NCBI GenBank assembly: GCA_050084515.1
Contig: CM114271.1
Span: forward strand, 2,604,001-2,668,000
Source of the DNA: Blasia pusilla
Taxonomy: Eukaryota
Direction: 5' to 3'
DNA length: 64,000 nucleotides
The first letter of the stretch is position 1, and each line of letters opens with the position of its first letter. The notes below the pieces were generated by a model. It was not told the DNA's origin, did not search any database, and was given only the letters and a program-made list of their open reading frames with translations. The position numbers were made by a program, and so were the translations under genes. This document shows, piece by piece, positions 54,028-64,000 of the stretch.

Positions 54028-54980
54028 ATTCATGTGTTAGATCTCTTTGGAGGGATAAGCACCGGGTTAGCTGTTGTTTTGCAAGCAGGAGTGCGACTGC
54101 ATCAGTACCTGTATGTGGAGAGTGATGATGTTGCAAGGCGCCTCTCACTACGACATGTGGCGCAGTTATGCCTACGTTTTCCCAACTTGTTGTCTGCATT
54201 CGCAGTACAGGGGTTCCAGAGTTCCCTACCGAGGGATATTTCGTTGCTGGGGGTGCAGGACTTGGAGCGGGTAGGGACCATTGATTTGGTCATTGCAGGT
54301 TGGCCATGTCAAGGTCAATCGAGTGCTGGACGAGGCATCGGGTTGGTTGACACTCGATCCATGTTATTTTGGGAGATGTTGAGGGTCTTGAGATATTTGC
54401 AGGAGCATCAGTCCCATTCTCCGACTTACATTCTGGAGAATGTACCGATCTTGGGCGATTCAAGGTCACGGGTGGTGACGAGTGCACATCAGGTGCGTGC
54501 CTAGATCGGCCTAGCATTAGTTTTGAATGCGGCGAGTGTGGGTTCTCGAGCACATTGCCCGCGTCTATGGTGGACAAACATGGTACCACACGAGGTGTTG
54601 CGGAGGGCGTATGCAAGAGTAGAGCACCCCTCCCACTTGTTAGTGGATTCCATTCAGGATCCGGGCATCGATCATAGGCAATAAGGCACGATGATCGACC
54701 ATCATTGACTGTGGTCAACAGGGTAGGCCGGCCACGAGCAACTTTTCCCACGTTTGTGAATTTTCCCGGTTCCTATGCATACAAGGAGGCCAATCTTGGC
54801 TTCGTTTGGGATGATCAGGTTCAGAGGTTGGTGGAGCCCAACGCCGACGAGAGAGAGTGGGCGATGGGATTTCCCACAAGAGTGATGGCACTACCGTCAG
54901 TGTCAGAGGCATCACGACGCCATGTCTTGGGTCACGCAATGGACCTGAACTGCTTGACATGGATCTTCAGCTTGGGAGTG
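54028..54980 (+). pseudogene. C5-cytosine DNA methyltransferase domain embedded in pol (one premature stop at 54502-54504, one frameshift at ~54665)
   Basis: Motifs occur in canonical order: I VLDLFGG, II YVE, III RDIS, IV DLVIAGWPCQG, V DTRSMLF, VI YILENV, VIII SRAH(C)PRLWWTN, IX EREWAMGF, X LGHAMD. Confidence 0.93.
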
Positions 54981-55319
54981 GCTGGAGCAACGTTGCATGA
55001 GATTGCGACACATCACAGCGGTTGCGTTGGTGAGCCCCATGCCTACCGAGACGGTGGAGGCAGTGGCTGGGGGCGAGACTCGAGGAGATCGACACACCAA
55101 GGGAGATCAGGAGAGACACCCTTGGACTTCTTGGGATGTTTTGCAGGTACGCTAGGAGATGATAGCCACAGCGTCGAGCGTGGTTTAGGGCAATTCATGT
55201 GGAGGAGATCAGAGTTTGCAGTTGGTTGCAGGAGAGCGGCCAAGTGTTGGTGTTCGAGATAGGGTTGCACCATAGCAACCATCGATACCCGCGTCGGAGA
55301 GTCCTACCGCAGTCACGAT

Positions 55320-58240
55320 GGAGACTTGGGAGCCAGATATGGGCCCTAAGTTTATAGGAGAAGAGCGGCACCGGATACATCAGTTCCTTAGGAGTTATAG
55401 AAGCTGCTTTGCATTTAGCATGGAGTATTTGGGTACTCTGAAGGGATCATGGATCCACATTGAGTTGTCGAGTGATACGCCAATCTTCCAACAATCCTAC
55501 AGGTATAGTGATATGGAGAGGGCTCTGATTCAGAGTAGAAGCCAGGACTTGGTTGGAGCATGACGAGTGGAGATGTCGCATGGGGAGTATGCATCTGCCA
55601 TTGTCATGCATGCCAAGAAGGATGTGCATGGCAACTGGATGGATAGGCGGATGTGTGGGGATTATCGGCTTATCAATCGGCGGACGAAGTCTGATAGGTA
55701 TTCCAAGCCCACTCCAGAGGAGATCTTTGATGCGATTGGTCACCCAAAGGTCTTTAGTTCATTGGATTTGTGAGCCGGATACCATTAGCTGCCTATCAGA
55801 TTGGAGCACAAGCAAAAGACGGCATTTTGGGGCATCGATCCTCACGGGAAGGATTGTTTATACCAGTGGCCGTTCTTGCCATTTGGGTTAAAGAATGCCC
55901 CGGCTGAGTTTCAGAGGGTCATGGATAGGATCTTGGCAGGTCAGGATTTTGCTAGGTGTTACAATGATGACATCGTAGTCTTTAGTGCCACAGTTGAAGA
56001 GCATGAGCGACATCTAGAGGAGGTGTTTCGACGATTGCAGTTACATGGGCTGAAGCTACATCCAAGAAAGTGTAAGTTCTTCTACGACCAGATTGAGTAC
56101 TTGGGTCATACGATATACCCATGTGGCCTTGGTGTTCAGCAGACAAAGGTAGAGGCTATTTCACGCATTCCCCGCCCTACAGATGTGAGCCGCGTTCGTG
56201 CATTCATGGGATTGGCGAACTTCTATCGGCGGTACGTCAAGCAATTCAGTTTGATTGCGAAGCCACCGACCTTGCTGACCAAGATGGATCATGAGTGGCA
56301 CTGGGGGGATGAGCAGGAGCAAGCATTTCAGCTGCTCAAGGACAGATTGACGTCTGCGCCCATCTTGAGGAGACCGATCAGGGGGGGTTCCTTTCCAATT
56401 GCACATAGATTGGAGCATGTTGGGGCTTGGAGTGGCGCTCACCCAACATGATGATGAGGGTAGAGAGTTCGTGATGGCTTATGCTAGCCGTTCGAACAAC
56501 GTTGCAGAGGCCAAGTATAGCTCGTATGAGGATGAGTGTTTGGCTATGATGTGGGCTGTCGCACATTTTAGGTGTTACTTATTCGGAAATCCCTTTACCA
56601 TCATCACTGATTATCAACCACTAAATTGGTTGATGGAGTCCGAAAAGCTTACACGGAAGCTTGCAAGATGGGCTCTGTTGCTACAGGAGTACGATTTTTA
56701 GGTGGTACATCGACCAGGGATGGTCAACTAGGATGCAGATGGGCTAAGTTGTAACCCATGCCCGAGTGAGCGAGGTGAGACTGGAGCTTGATGGCATGGA
56801 GAGAGTGATGAGGAGTTAGTGCCAGGATGGCACGCGTCAACCTATTTAGGCTTGTTGGCTATGGAGAGCCAAAGTGTGGAGACTTTGATAGCGAGGTCTG
56901 ATGGAGAGTCCTTGGATCCCAAGGCCAATGAGGAGACGACATGTGGCCGAGATATTCATGATGATGGAGTAGTCTTGGAGTATCTGCGTACTGGCAGCGT
57001 TGCGATTACAATGGGTGCTAGAGAGCGGGATTGGGTCCTATAGCGGGCTAAACGGTTCCGCTGGGAGGGGACACATGTGTTGCAAGTGTGGGAGAATGAT
57101 AGAGTGCGTGTAGTGCCTCATCCTTTGCACAGAGCACATTTGGTGCATCATGCCCACAAGGAGTTTGGTCATTTTGGAGTGAAGCAGACATATAGCTTGC
57201 TCCAGATTCAATATTGGTATCGAGGCATGCAGAGTGACGTTTAGCAGTTTGTTGTCAGATGCATGGTGTGTGATTGAGTCTAAGCATCGTTCAATGCTCT
57301 AACTCCACATTTGCATCCACTTCTGATCATGGGTTTAGGTTATAGATGGAGTTTGGATTTTGCAGGACCTTTGCCTTTGACGGAGCACCATAGTGGTTAT
57401 GTATTGGTGATGGTCGAGCACTTCTCAAAGTGGATAGAGTTGGTTGCATTGCCTGACAAAGCGAGTGAAGGAGTAGCGTATGCCTTCCTAGATCGAGTGC
57501 TGAGTCATTACGGCGCACCAACTGAGGTGTTGACAGACCAGGGTACAGAGTTTCGCGGAGAGTTTCAGGCCTTATATGATTAGGCACTGATCGACCACCG
57601 CACTACTTCGCGAGATCATCCTGAGTCGGATGGACTAGCGGAGTGGGTTGTGCAGACGGTGAAGAGAGGACTACGCAAGTATGGCTTGAAGAGAGGTCAT
57701 CTAGGAGATTGGGACCTTCAGTTTCCGTGGTTGGCGATGGGATACAGATTCAGCAGGCAGACATCCTTAGCGTCTTTCTCACCGTACTTGTTGCTTTATG
57801 GCCGTGAGCCAGATTTACCTACGGCCATTCGTTGAGATACTGGTGAGGTGTTGAACCTTGATGACCCTGATGTATGGATGCAAGCATGTTCTGAGAGGGT
57901 TGAGTTGTTTCGAAGAGTCATGCCCATGGCGTTTGAGAACTTGGCGATTGCGCAACATCGGGATACGTTGAGGTATGCGACTATTCGGGGAGGTGGTTAT
58001 CGACCTCCTATCCGGAGGTTTCATCAAGGAGACTATGTCTACTTGCAGCACACGGCATCCACGACGTTGGATGTGACTACAAGGCACACCATCTTGAGAG
58101 TGCGTGAGGTTTTGCCATATGGTGTTCTCTTATTAGAGGGACGCGATGGTATGGTTTGGAAGGACCATGTGCGTAACTATGCGCCATGTCATCTTCCGAA
58201 CATTGATGGTACAATTGATCCGAGCTTAGCAATAGTTCCT
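55320..58240 (+). pseudogene. Reverse transcriptase, RNase H and DDE integrase of the DNMT-carrying element (stops and frameshifts)
   Basis: RT: RRMCGDYR, LPFGLKNAPAEFQR, CYNDDIVVFS. RNase H: DWS...AYASR...ECLAMMWAV...TDYQPL. Integrase: WSLDFAGP...LTDQGTEF. Confidence 0.92.
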
Positions 58241-58249
58241 CTAGGCTTG

Positions 58250-58393
58250 CGGTGTATGTTTTGTGGTTCCGCCCGTGGTGCAGCTACTATGCTAGTATGT
58301 GATGGATGTTCGAGAGGATGGCATATGGCATGTTTGACGCCATCTCTCACTAGGATTCCTCAGGGACGATGGATGTGTCCCAAATGTACATAG
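58250..58393 (+). other. PHD finger (C4HC3) at the integrase C-terminus
   Basis: RCMFCGSARGAATMLVCDGCSRGWHMACLTPSLTRIPQGRWMCPKCT*, in frame with the integrase tail (ORF 57848-58393). Confidence 0.93.
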
Positions 58394-60074
58394 AGTAGGT
58401 AGTTCTACATTTCGACTTGTGTCTTTGACATGGATGACAAGAAGTCGACTAACGATAGGGCCACATGAGCACCCGATCTTCTTGCTCTTAGCGTCCAAGA
58501 GATGTATATCATGGTAGGTAGGGATAGATGGCTATCTGGAATTAGAGGGACCTAACCACCAGCTAAGGGGGCGATTGGAGATATTTTGGTACTTCTTGTC
58601 TTGTTGTTTGGATGTCATGAGTTAGTAGGGGATCGTGCGTGTTTGTGTGTGTGTTCAGTGACAGCAATTTATGTTGTGTAGCGATGTGTATGCGCACGAC
58701 AGTTGTCACGTCTCTTAGGATAGATCGGTGAGATCTAGTAGAGTGTCTTCATGAGTACAGACTGAGTAGGTCGAGCATGACCTGCTTAGGCCGCGGGAAA
58801 CTTGAGATAGCAGGTTTCCCCTTCGTTTCGGCTCATTTGGAGCCGTATTGAGGAACTTACTATTTTAGGTAAGTACCATTTTGAGTATGTGATCAAGTTT
58901 CTATTTTTGGTAAGTGGCCCTTGACCTCCTACATCAGGTCAAGAGCCAAGGAGGTGACTTGGGAGCATAGGTTACCATGGAGAGAGCTTGGGAGAGGGGA
59001 GGGGTATACCTCAAGGAGAGAGAGCTTGAGAGCTCATTCTCTCTTTGTTGAACTTCTTGGCATAAGGCGGCGGAGCTATGGTCCCTTGCCTTGTGAGTGT
59101 AACCCAAGCCTCTCATTAGGAGAATGGGTTTGGTTTGTCATAAGAGAGAGTGCACACCTTTGAGAGCTATGGTGTGAGATGGTGTAGAGAGAGATTGGAT
59201 CTCACTTTATTGGTGATATTTTGGTACTTCTTGTCTCATTGTTTGGATGCGATGAGTTAGCATGGGATCATGCATGTTTTTGTGTGTGTTTGGTGACAGC
59301 AATGTAAGTTGTGTAGCGATGTGTATGCGCACGACAGAGTACACTAGCTCAAGATAACCCATTTCTCAAGTGGAGAAGATGTGCACAATTAATAAAAAAA
59401 GCATCAAACCTCTCACCCGTAAGCTCATGAATTTCAATAACTAATGGGACAAAATTATATTCTTTGCAAAGACAACTATAATGTAAAGTCCTCTTCCATG
59501 CCTCTGTCGGCGATGTTCCTTATATCTCCCTCATGAAATCATATGTGCCCAAATTGACTCCCATGTAAAATATGTAAATACAACATAAGTTACCATCACG
59601 TTAGCCTCTCGTGGCATGTATATGTCATGTATTTCTTGAGTGAAAAAGATGGGTGAACTCGGCAAGGAAAACATCAACCGATTCAAACCTCTCACCAAGA
59701 GCCCCATAATCTCAATAGCCCTCGCACCTATTCATCCTCGGGTTAAAGGGTTAGACGTGGGTTATGTTTGAAGAAGGGCTCGTGCAAAAAAGGCAACATC
59801 TGAGGGGACTCGAACTTGGGACGTACACCTTCTTAGTGATTGTACCATCCACTCCACTTGAGTTTCATGCATGAAAGGCATGGAATTAATAAAACTCTTA
59901 ACAGTTATCCAAAATAGAATATGTGGCTTCAAGATCTTGACCTCGAGTTAACTAATCCGAGGATGAATAGGCTGAAGGTCAATAGCTAATTTTCACGAAT
60001 AGTTGAGTCTATGGCACCCACACTAGCGGGGGATCCGGGAAGCAAGTCATGATCGCGGGTCCAAGGAGGAAATA

Positions 60075-60538
60075 TGTCACGTCTTTTAGGATAGATCGAC
60101 GAGATCTAGTAGATCGCCCTCGAGGATAGTGGAGGATAGCCTTAGGAGGTCGAGGATGATCTACTAAGGCCACGGTAACCTGAGAGAGAAGGTTTCCCCT
60201 TTCCCTTCATTTGAAGCCATATAGAGAAACCTTACTATTTCGCGTAAGTTTCCGTTTTGAACATAGTTGACTTTATAATTTGGGAAGTGGCCCTTGACCT
60301 TCTACAACATGTCAAGAGCCAATGAGGTGACCTGCAAGCATATGTTATCAGAAAGAGAACCTCCAAGCATAGGTTATTGTAGAGAGAGTTTGGAAGAGGG
60401 AAGGGGTATACCCAAAGAGAAAGGGTTTGGGAGCTCATTCTCTCTTTGTTGAACCTCTTGGCATAAGGCGTCGGAGCTATGGTCCTCCTTGACTTGTGTG
60501 TGAAACCCAAGCCTCTAATTAGGAGAGTGGGTTTGGTT

Positions 60539-60607
<69 letters not shown>

Positions 60608-60620
60608 ATTCTAAGAGACA
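60075..60620 (+). mobile_element. Third, more diverged copy of repeat A of the DNMT-element family, with a (GA)n expansion
   Basis: It starts TGTCACGTCTTTTAGGATAGATCG and is collinear with 58704-59137. It then has (GA)n at 60541-60604 and ends ...AAGAGACA. No B segment is present. Confidence 0.85.
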
Positions 60621-62002
60621 TATAAACATTAAAAGTATAGTCAATATGGAGGATTTAAAATTGTTATATACATACAAGTAATTATGGAAATTCCAATTTT
60701 TTGATCCTAAATTATTCAATTACTTGTTAAACAAAAATCATAGTGGATAGAAGACGATTCAAAAATCCACGAAGTAAGGGGGATTCCAAGAGTTCATCAT
60801 AGCGAAGGAAACACTTTGCTTGATTTTATTCATCAACAAGTAGGAGTGGACTAAAGTAGAAGGTGGAAAAGCCCTTTGATTCTTTATGGAATATGGAAAT
60901 GTGATGTCTACATATGTCATCTCACATGAAACCCTTTTATCCAAACCTTACGTTTATCCTACTTTATGGTAGCGGGCTCAAGCTGTAGGAGACACCAACA
61001 CTAGAGGCCCACTTAGTAGTAATCATAGTTCCTTAGGAATTGTTGATAATGTCTCTATTGTTGTTAAGTTTAGTCGATAGGGGAAATACCTCCTTCTTCC
61101 TTTTCAGGGTCGGTTGTGGCCTTTATATGCTTGACTCTTTGAGTCAAGCATATATTATTTGTTTCTTTTGTTTTTATGATGGGTTTTCCATCATGCATAT
61201 TTATTAAGGTTCATCTTTCCTCTACTACTTTACTACCTAGCCCATCCAAGACCAAGTTTACCCTTGACATTTTCCTCTTTTTCACCTACCCCATATGCAA
61301 CATAGAATCTTTATTAATATCAATATGATTAGTTCTTCCTTCATCTCCAAGTACTCCCCATCACTTTTCTTCATCCAGTCCGTGGGTGTTAAACATCTTG
61401 ACTTGGTTTATTGATCTATCAATTTATTAACTCTTATTTAGAGAAAAATACAAATATTGAAAGAGAGGTTGTAAGCCTCATAATGAAGACGACTCATTGT
61501 CGTAAACGACAAAAAACGGATCTAACTGTGTGTTTGAACTGGTCAGCGTTTGACAACTACTGCAGTCCATCGTGAAGCGACAGAGAAACCCGCCGGGGCC
61601 CACAGCCTACAGACCGCTCTGGCACAATGGTTGAATGACACGCAGCTCTTGAACTACTGCAGTAGACGGTGGGTACGAGGTCACAGGATCCACGACCACA
61701 GTCCGATCTATGACTGTGGTTGACGGAACCACGGTTGGAAAGCTACTGCAGTAGGTCTCCAACCGTGCGACAGGAAACTCACCGGGCCGGCCAACAGACT
61801 GCAGACGGGAGCCGGTACGTCGTTAAAGGACACTCAGGGCAGCTCCCCACAGACATAGTCATGGTCCTTGTCGTCGCGCAGGGGGGGACGCGGAACTGGA
61901 GGGCCGACGGACTTAGGGACCCATCTACAATAGATAGATACGCGTTTGAGAGTGACGTAGATTCCTCTCTATTGCATTCCATGAGGAACGGACAGAAACT
62001 CT

Positions 62003-62095
62003 AGGATGGATGTACCTACGTGGTTGAACACGTCAGCGTTTGAGTGACAGAGTAGGATGGATCTACCTACGTGGTTGAACACGTCAGCATCTGAG
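62003..62095. repeat. Direct duplication, ~50-bp period
   Basis: AGGATGGAT(G/C)TACCTACGTGGTTGAACACGTCAGC occurs twice. Confidence 0.85.
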
Positions 62096-62151
62096 AACCA
62101 CTGCAGTTGAGAAGGAAGAGGCTAAGATCATGCCAGGCAGGCTGGCTGACT

Positions 62152-62850
62152 TGGCAACCCCAATGGGGTGGCTCAAAGCTCCTCTAACAACCCATTTTAC
62201 GGTTGGAGAAGACTATGGCAACCCTAGTAGGGCGTGTCAAAGCTCTGATTTTACCACTATAGAATGTTCTGGCAACCGTACTAGGGTGGCTCAAAGCTCA
62301 TATAGCAACCGATTTTACGGTTGGAGGAAACTCTCTCAACCCCAATAGGCTATCTCAAAGCTCCTCTAACAATCAATTTTACGGCTAAAGGAAACTCTAG
62401 CAACCCTACTAGGGCAGTTCAAAGCTCCTCTAACAATGGATTTTGCCGTTGGAGAAAACTCTCGAAACCCTAGTAGGGGGCGTCAAACCTCCTCTACCAA
62501 CCAATTTTACGACTGGAGAAAAATATGGCAACCGTAAGGCATCTCAGAGCTCCTCCAACAACCAATTTTATGGTTGAAGAAAACTCTGGCAACCCTTGTA
62601 GGGTGACTCAAAGCTCTTCTAACAACCAAGTTTACAATTGGAGAAAAAATTGGCAACCCTAGTAGGGTGGCTCAAAGCTCCACTTTTGACAACTAATTTT
62701 ATGGCTGGAGAAAAATATTGCAACCCTGGTAAGGCAGCTCAAAGCTCCTCCAACAACCAATTTTGTGGTGGAAGCAAACTCTGGCAACCCTTGTAGGGTG
62801 ACTCAAAGCTCTTCTTCTAACAACCAAGTTTACAATTGGAGAAAAATTAT
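62152..62850. repeat. Minisatellite, ~11 units of ~64 bp with internal palindromes
   Basis: Consensus TGGCAACCCTAGTAGGGTGGCTCAAAGCTCCTCTAACAACCAATTTTACGGTTGGAGAAAACTC, with units starting at ~62152, 62216, 62270, 62334, 62398, 62462, 62526, 62587, 62651, 62718 and 62781. Confidence 0.92.
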
Positions 62851-64000
62851 GGAAGGATTACTCCCCTCATGGTGACACCTCTTTGTTTGACATTTGGTAT
62901 CAAACATGTTCCCCCCTCAATATATGTTTCACTACCAAGTTTGAAAGTATGGGTTTAGTCTTGTATCCATCACGCATTGTAAATCATTTGATGTTCGGAT
63001 ACTTTGCTAGTAGTTGGAAGAAGAGATCCTCTTTGCGAAAATTGCAATAAATTACAATATCTTTGATGCAAATTCTCCATGAGATTATATCCATTGAGTA
63101 TTAGCTTGAGCTATATGATAAGATGGATCTTCATATTTTTAAGCCCTAGCAGCCAGTAGTAAATTTGGGAATTATTAATTTGGTAAGTTAGTCTAAGGAG
63201 ACAAGAAGTTGGGTTAGGCAAAGACGGGGAACCAGAATTGTATGAGTGTTTATTAGCTGTAAAGTTTGATTATGGGCTTTTGTATGTTTTGACAAATTAT
63301 GAGTGGTAGTAATTATTCGGAACACTCCTAAGAGGAAAAATCCATCAACATGTTCTTGTGAGAGATCGATCCAACAACGTCATTTGAAAGCATGGAGTTA
63401 CAACATTAGTATAGTTGATAAAGAGGTACTAACCACAATAGGATTAAAGACTAAAGGCACTTCTAGCATCATGGATGAGTAACACCAATTCAAGAATTGA
63501 CAATCCATGACGTACAATGCGAGAATAGTGATTAGGTTAGAACGATGATGAGATGCTGGAAAAACTGTGTAATCAAGTTGAATCAACTATAACTAGTTGA
63601 GAAGAATGCATAATTTTTTATCATAAAGAAGACAAGAGGTTTTCTTCTCCTTTGAATGCACGAGAATAGATATAATGTTCTTCCCAAAGAGAAAACTTCT
63701 CCTAAATCCTTGCATTACATTATTTCATTTCCACTGTTTGATGATTTGTAGTACAACGTGTTTGGTGGTTTAAGTATGTTTATAATTCCAACTATCTTCC
63801 TATCTTAGATCTTGTTTATATGCCGATTGATACTCCACATTTGCTCTTTGCCACTTCTAAACCTTAAACCTTCATTTTAGTGATGGTGCTCGGATTGTGT
63901 GTACTAAAAAGTATTTGTATAACATCTAGAGATGTTCACTAACTTCTTTCCTCCATGGGTTACCTTGATAAAGTACAATCTAAATGTGAGGTTAGAAATT

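Larger units (their letters stand above)
49236..59336 (+). mobile_element. Ty3/Gypsy-type retrotransposon encoding gag-PR-DNMT-RT-RH-INT-PHD, with split terminal repeats and 4-bp TSD GAGT
   Basis: Termini TGTC (49236) and GACA (59336). GAGT at 49232-49235 and 59337-59340. Repeat A at 49236-~49484 and 58704-~59210. Repeat B at 58576-58701 and 59211-59336. Gypsy domain order. Confidence 0.9.

Noticed and set aside
54028-54980. Host DRM/CMT gene or bacterial contamination as the source of the methyltransferase
   Set aside because: The domain is intronless, lacks UBA/BAH/chromo domains and the DRM motif permutation, and lies collinear within pol inside TSD-bounded termini.
49236-59336. Classification as a DIRS/Ngaro element because of the split repeats
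   Set aside because: It encodes an aspartic protease and a DDE integrase and has a TSD. I saw no tyrosine recombinase.
62152-62850. CRISPR-like array of ~64-bp period with palindromes
   Set aside because: The whole unit is repeated with no unique spacers, there are no cas genes, and the context is eukaryotic.

Overview
This is eukaryotic nuclear DNA from a land plant. The NF-YA sequence style and the long GA-rich 5' leaders suggest a non-seed plant such as a bryophyte, which is an inference. I reconstructed three intron-containing host genes from GT-AG junctions: an NF-YA (CCAAT-binding subunit A) gene (+, CDS 6130-9293), an uncharacterised 8-exon gene (+, 16922-21030) encoding hydrophobic helices plus an HNH-like Cys/His module, and a CorA/ZntB-family cation transporter (-, 39603-37334). 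The rest is mostly transposon DNA: a CRE-like relic, an APE-type LINE beside a long (GA)n tract, Copia relics, a full-length chromovirus with 5-bp TSD (42154-49126) plus older solo or partial LTRs of the same family, and a 64-bp minisatellite. The standout is a 10.1-kb Ty3/Gypsy element (49236-59336). Its pol carries a C5-cytosine DNA methyltransferase domain between protease and RT and a PHD finger after integrase. Its ends are not two plain LTRs but an A1-internal-B1-A2-B2 split direct repeat with a 4-bp TSD and no visible tRNA primer-binding site. This copy is mutationally decayed.
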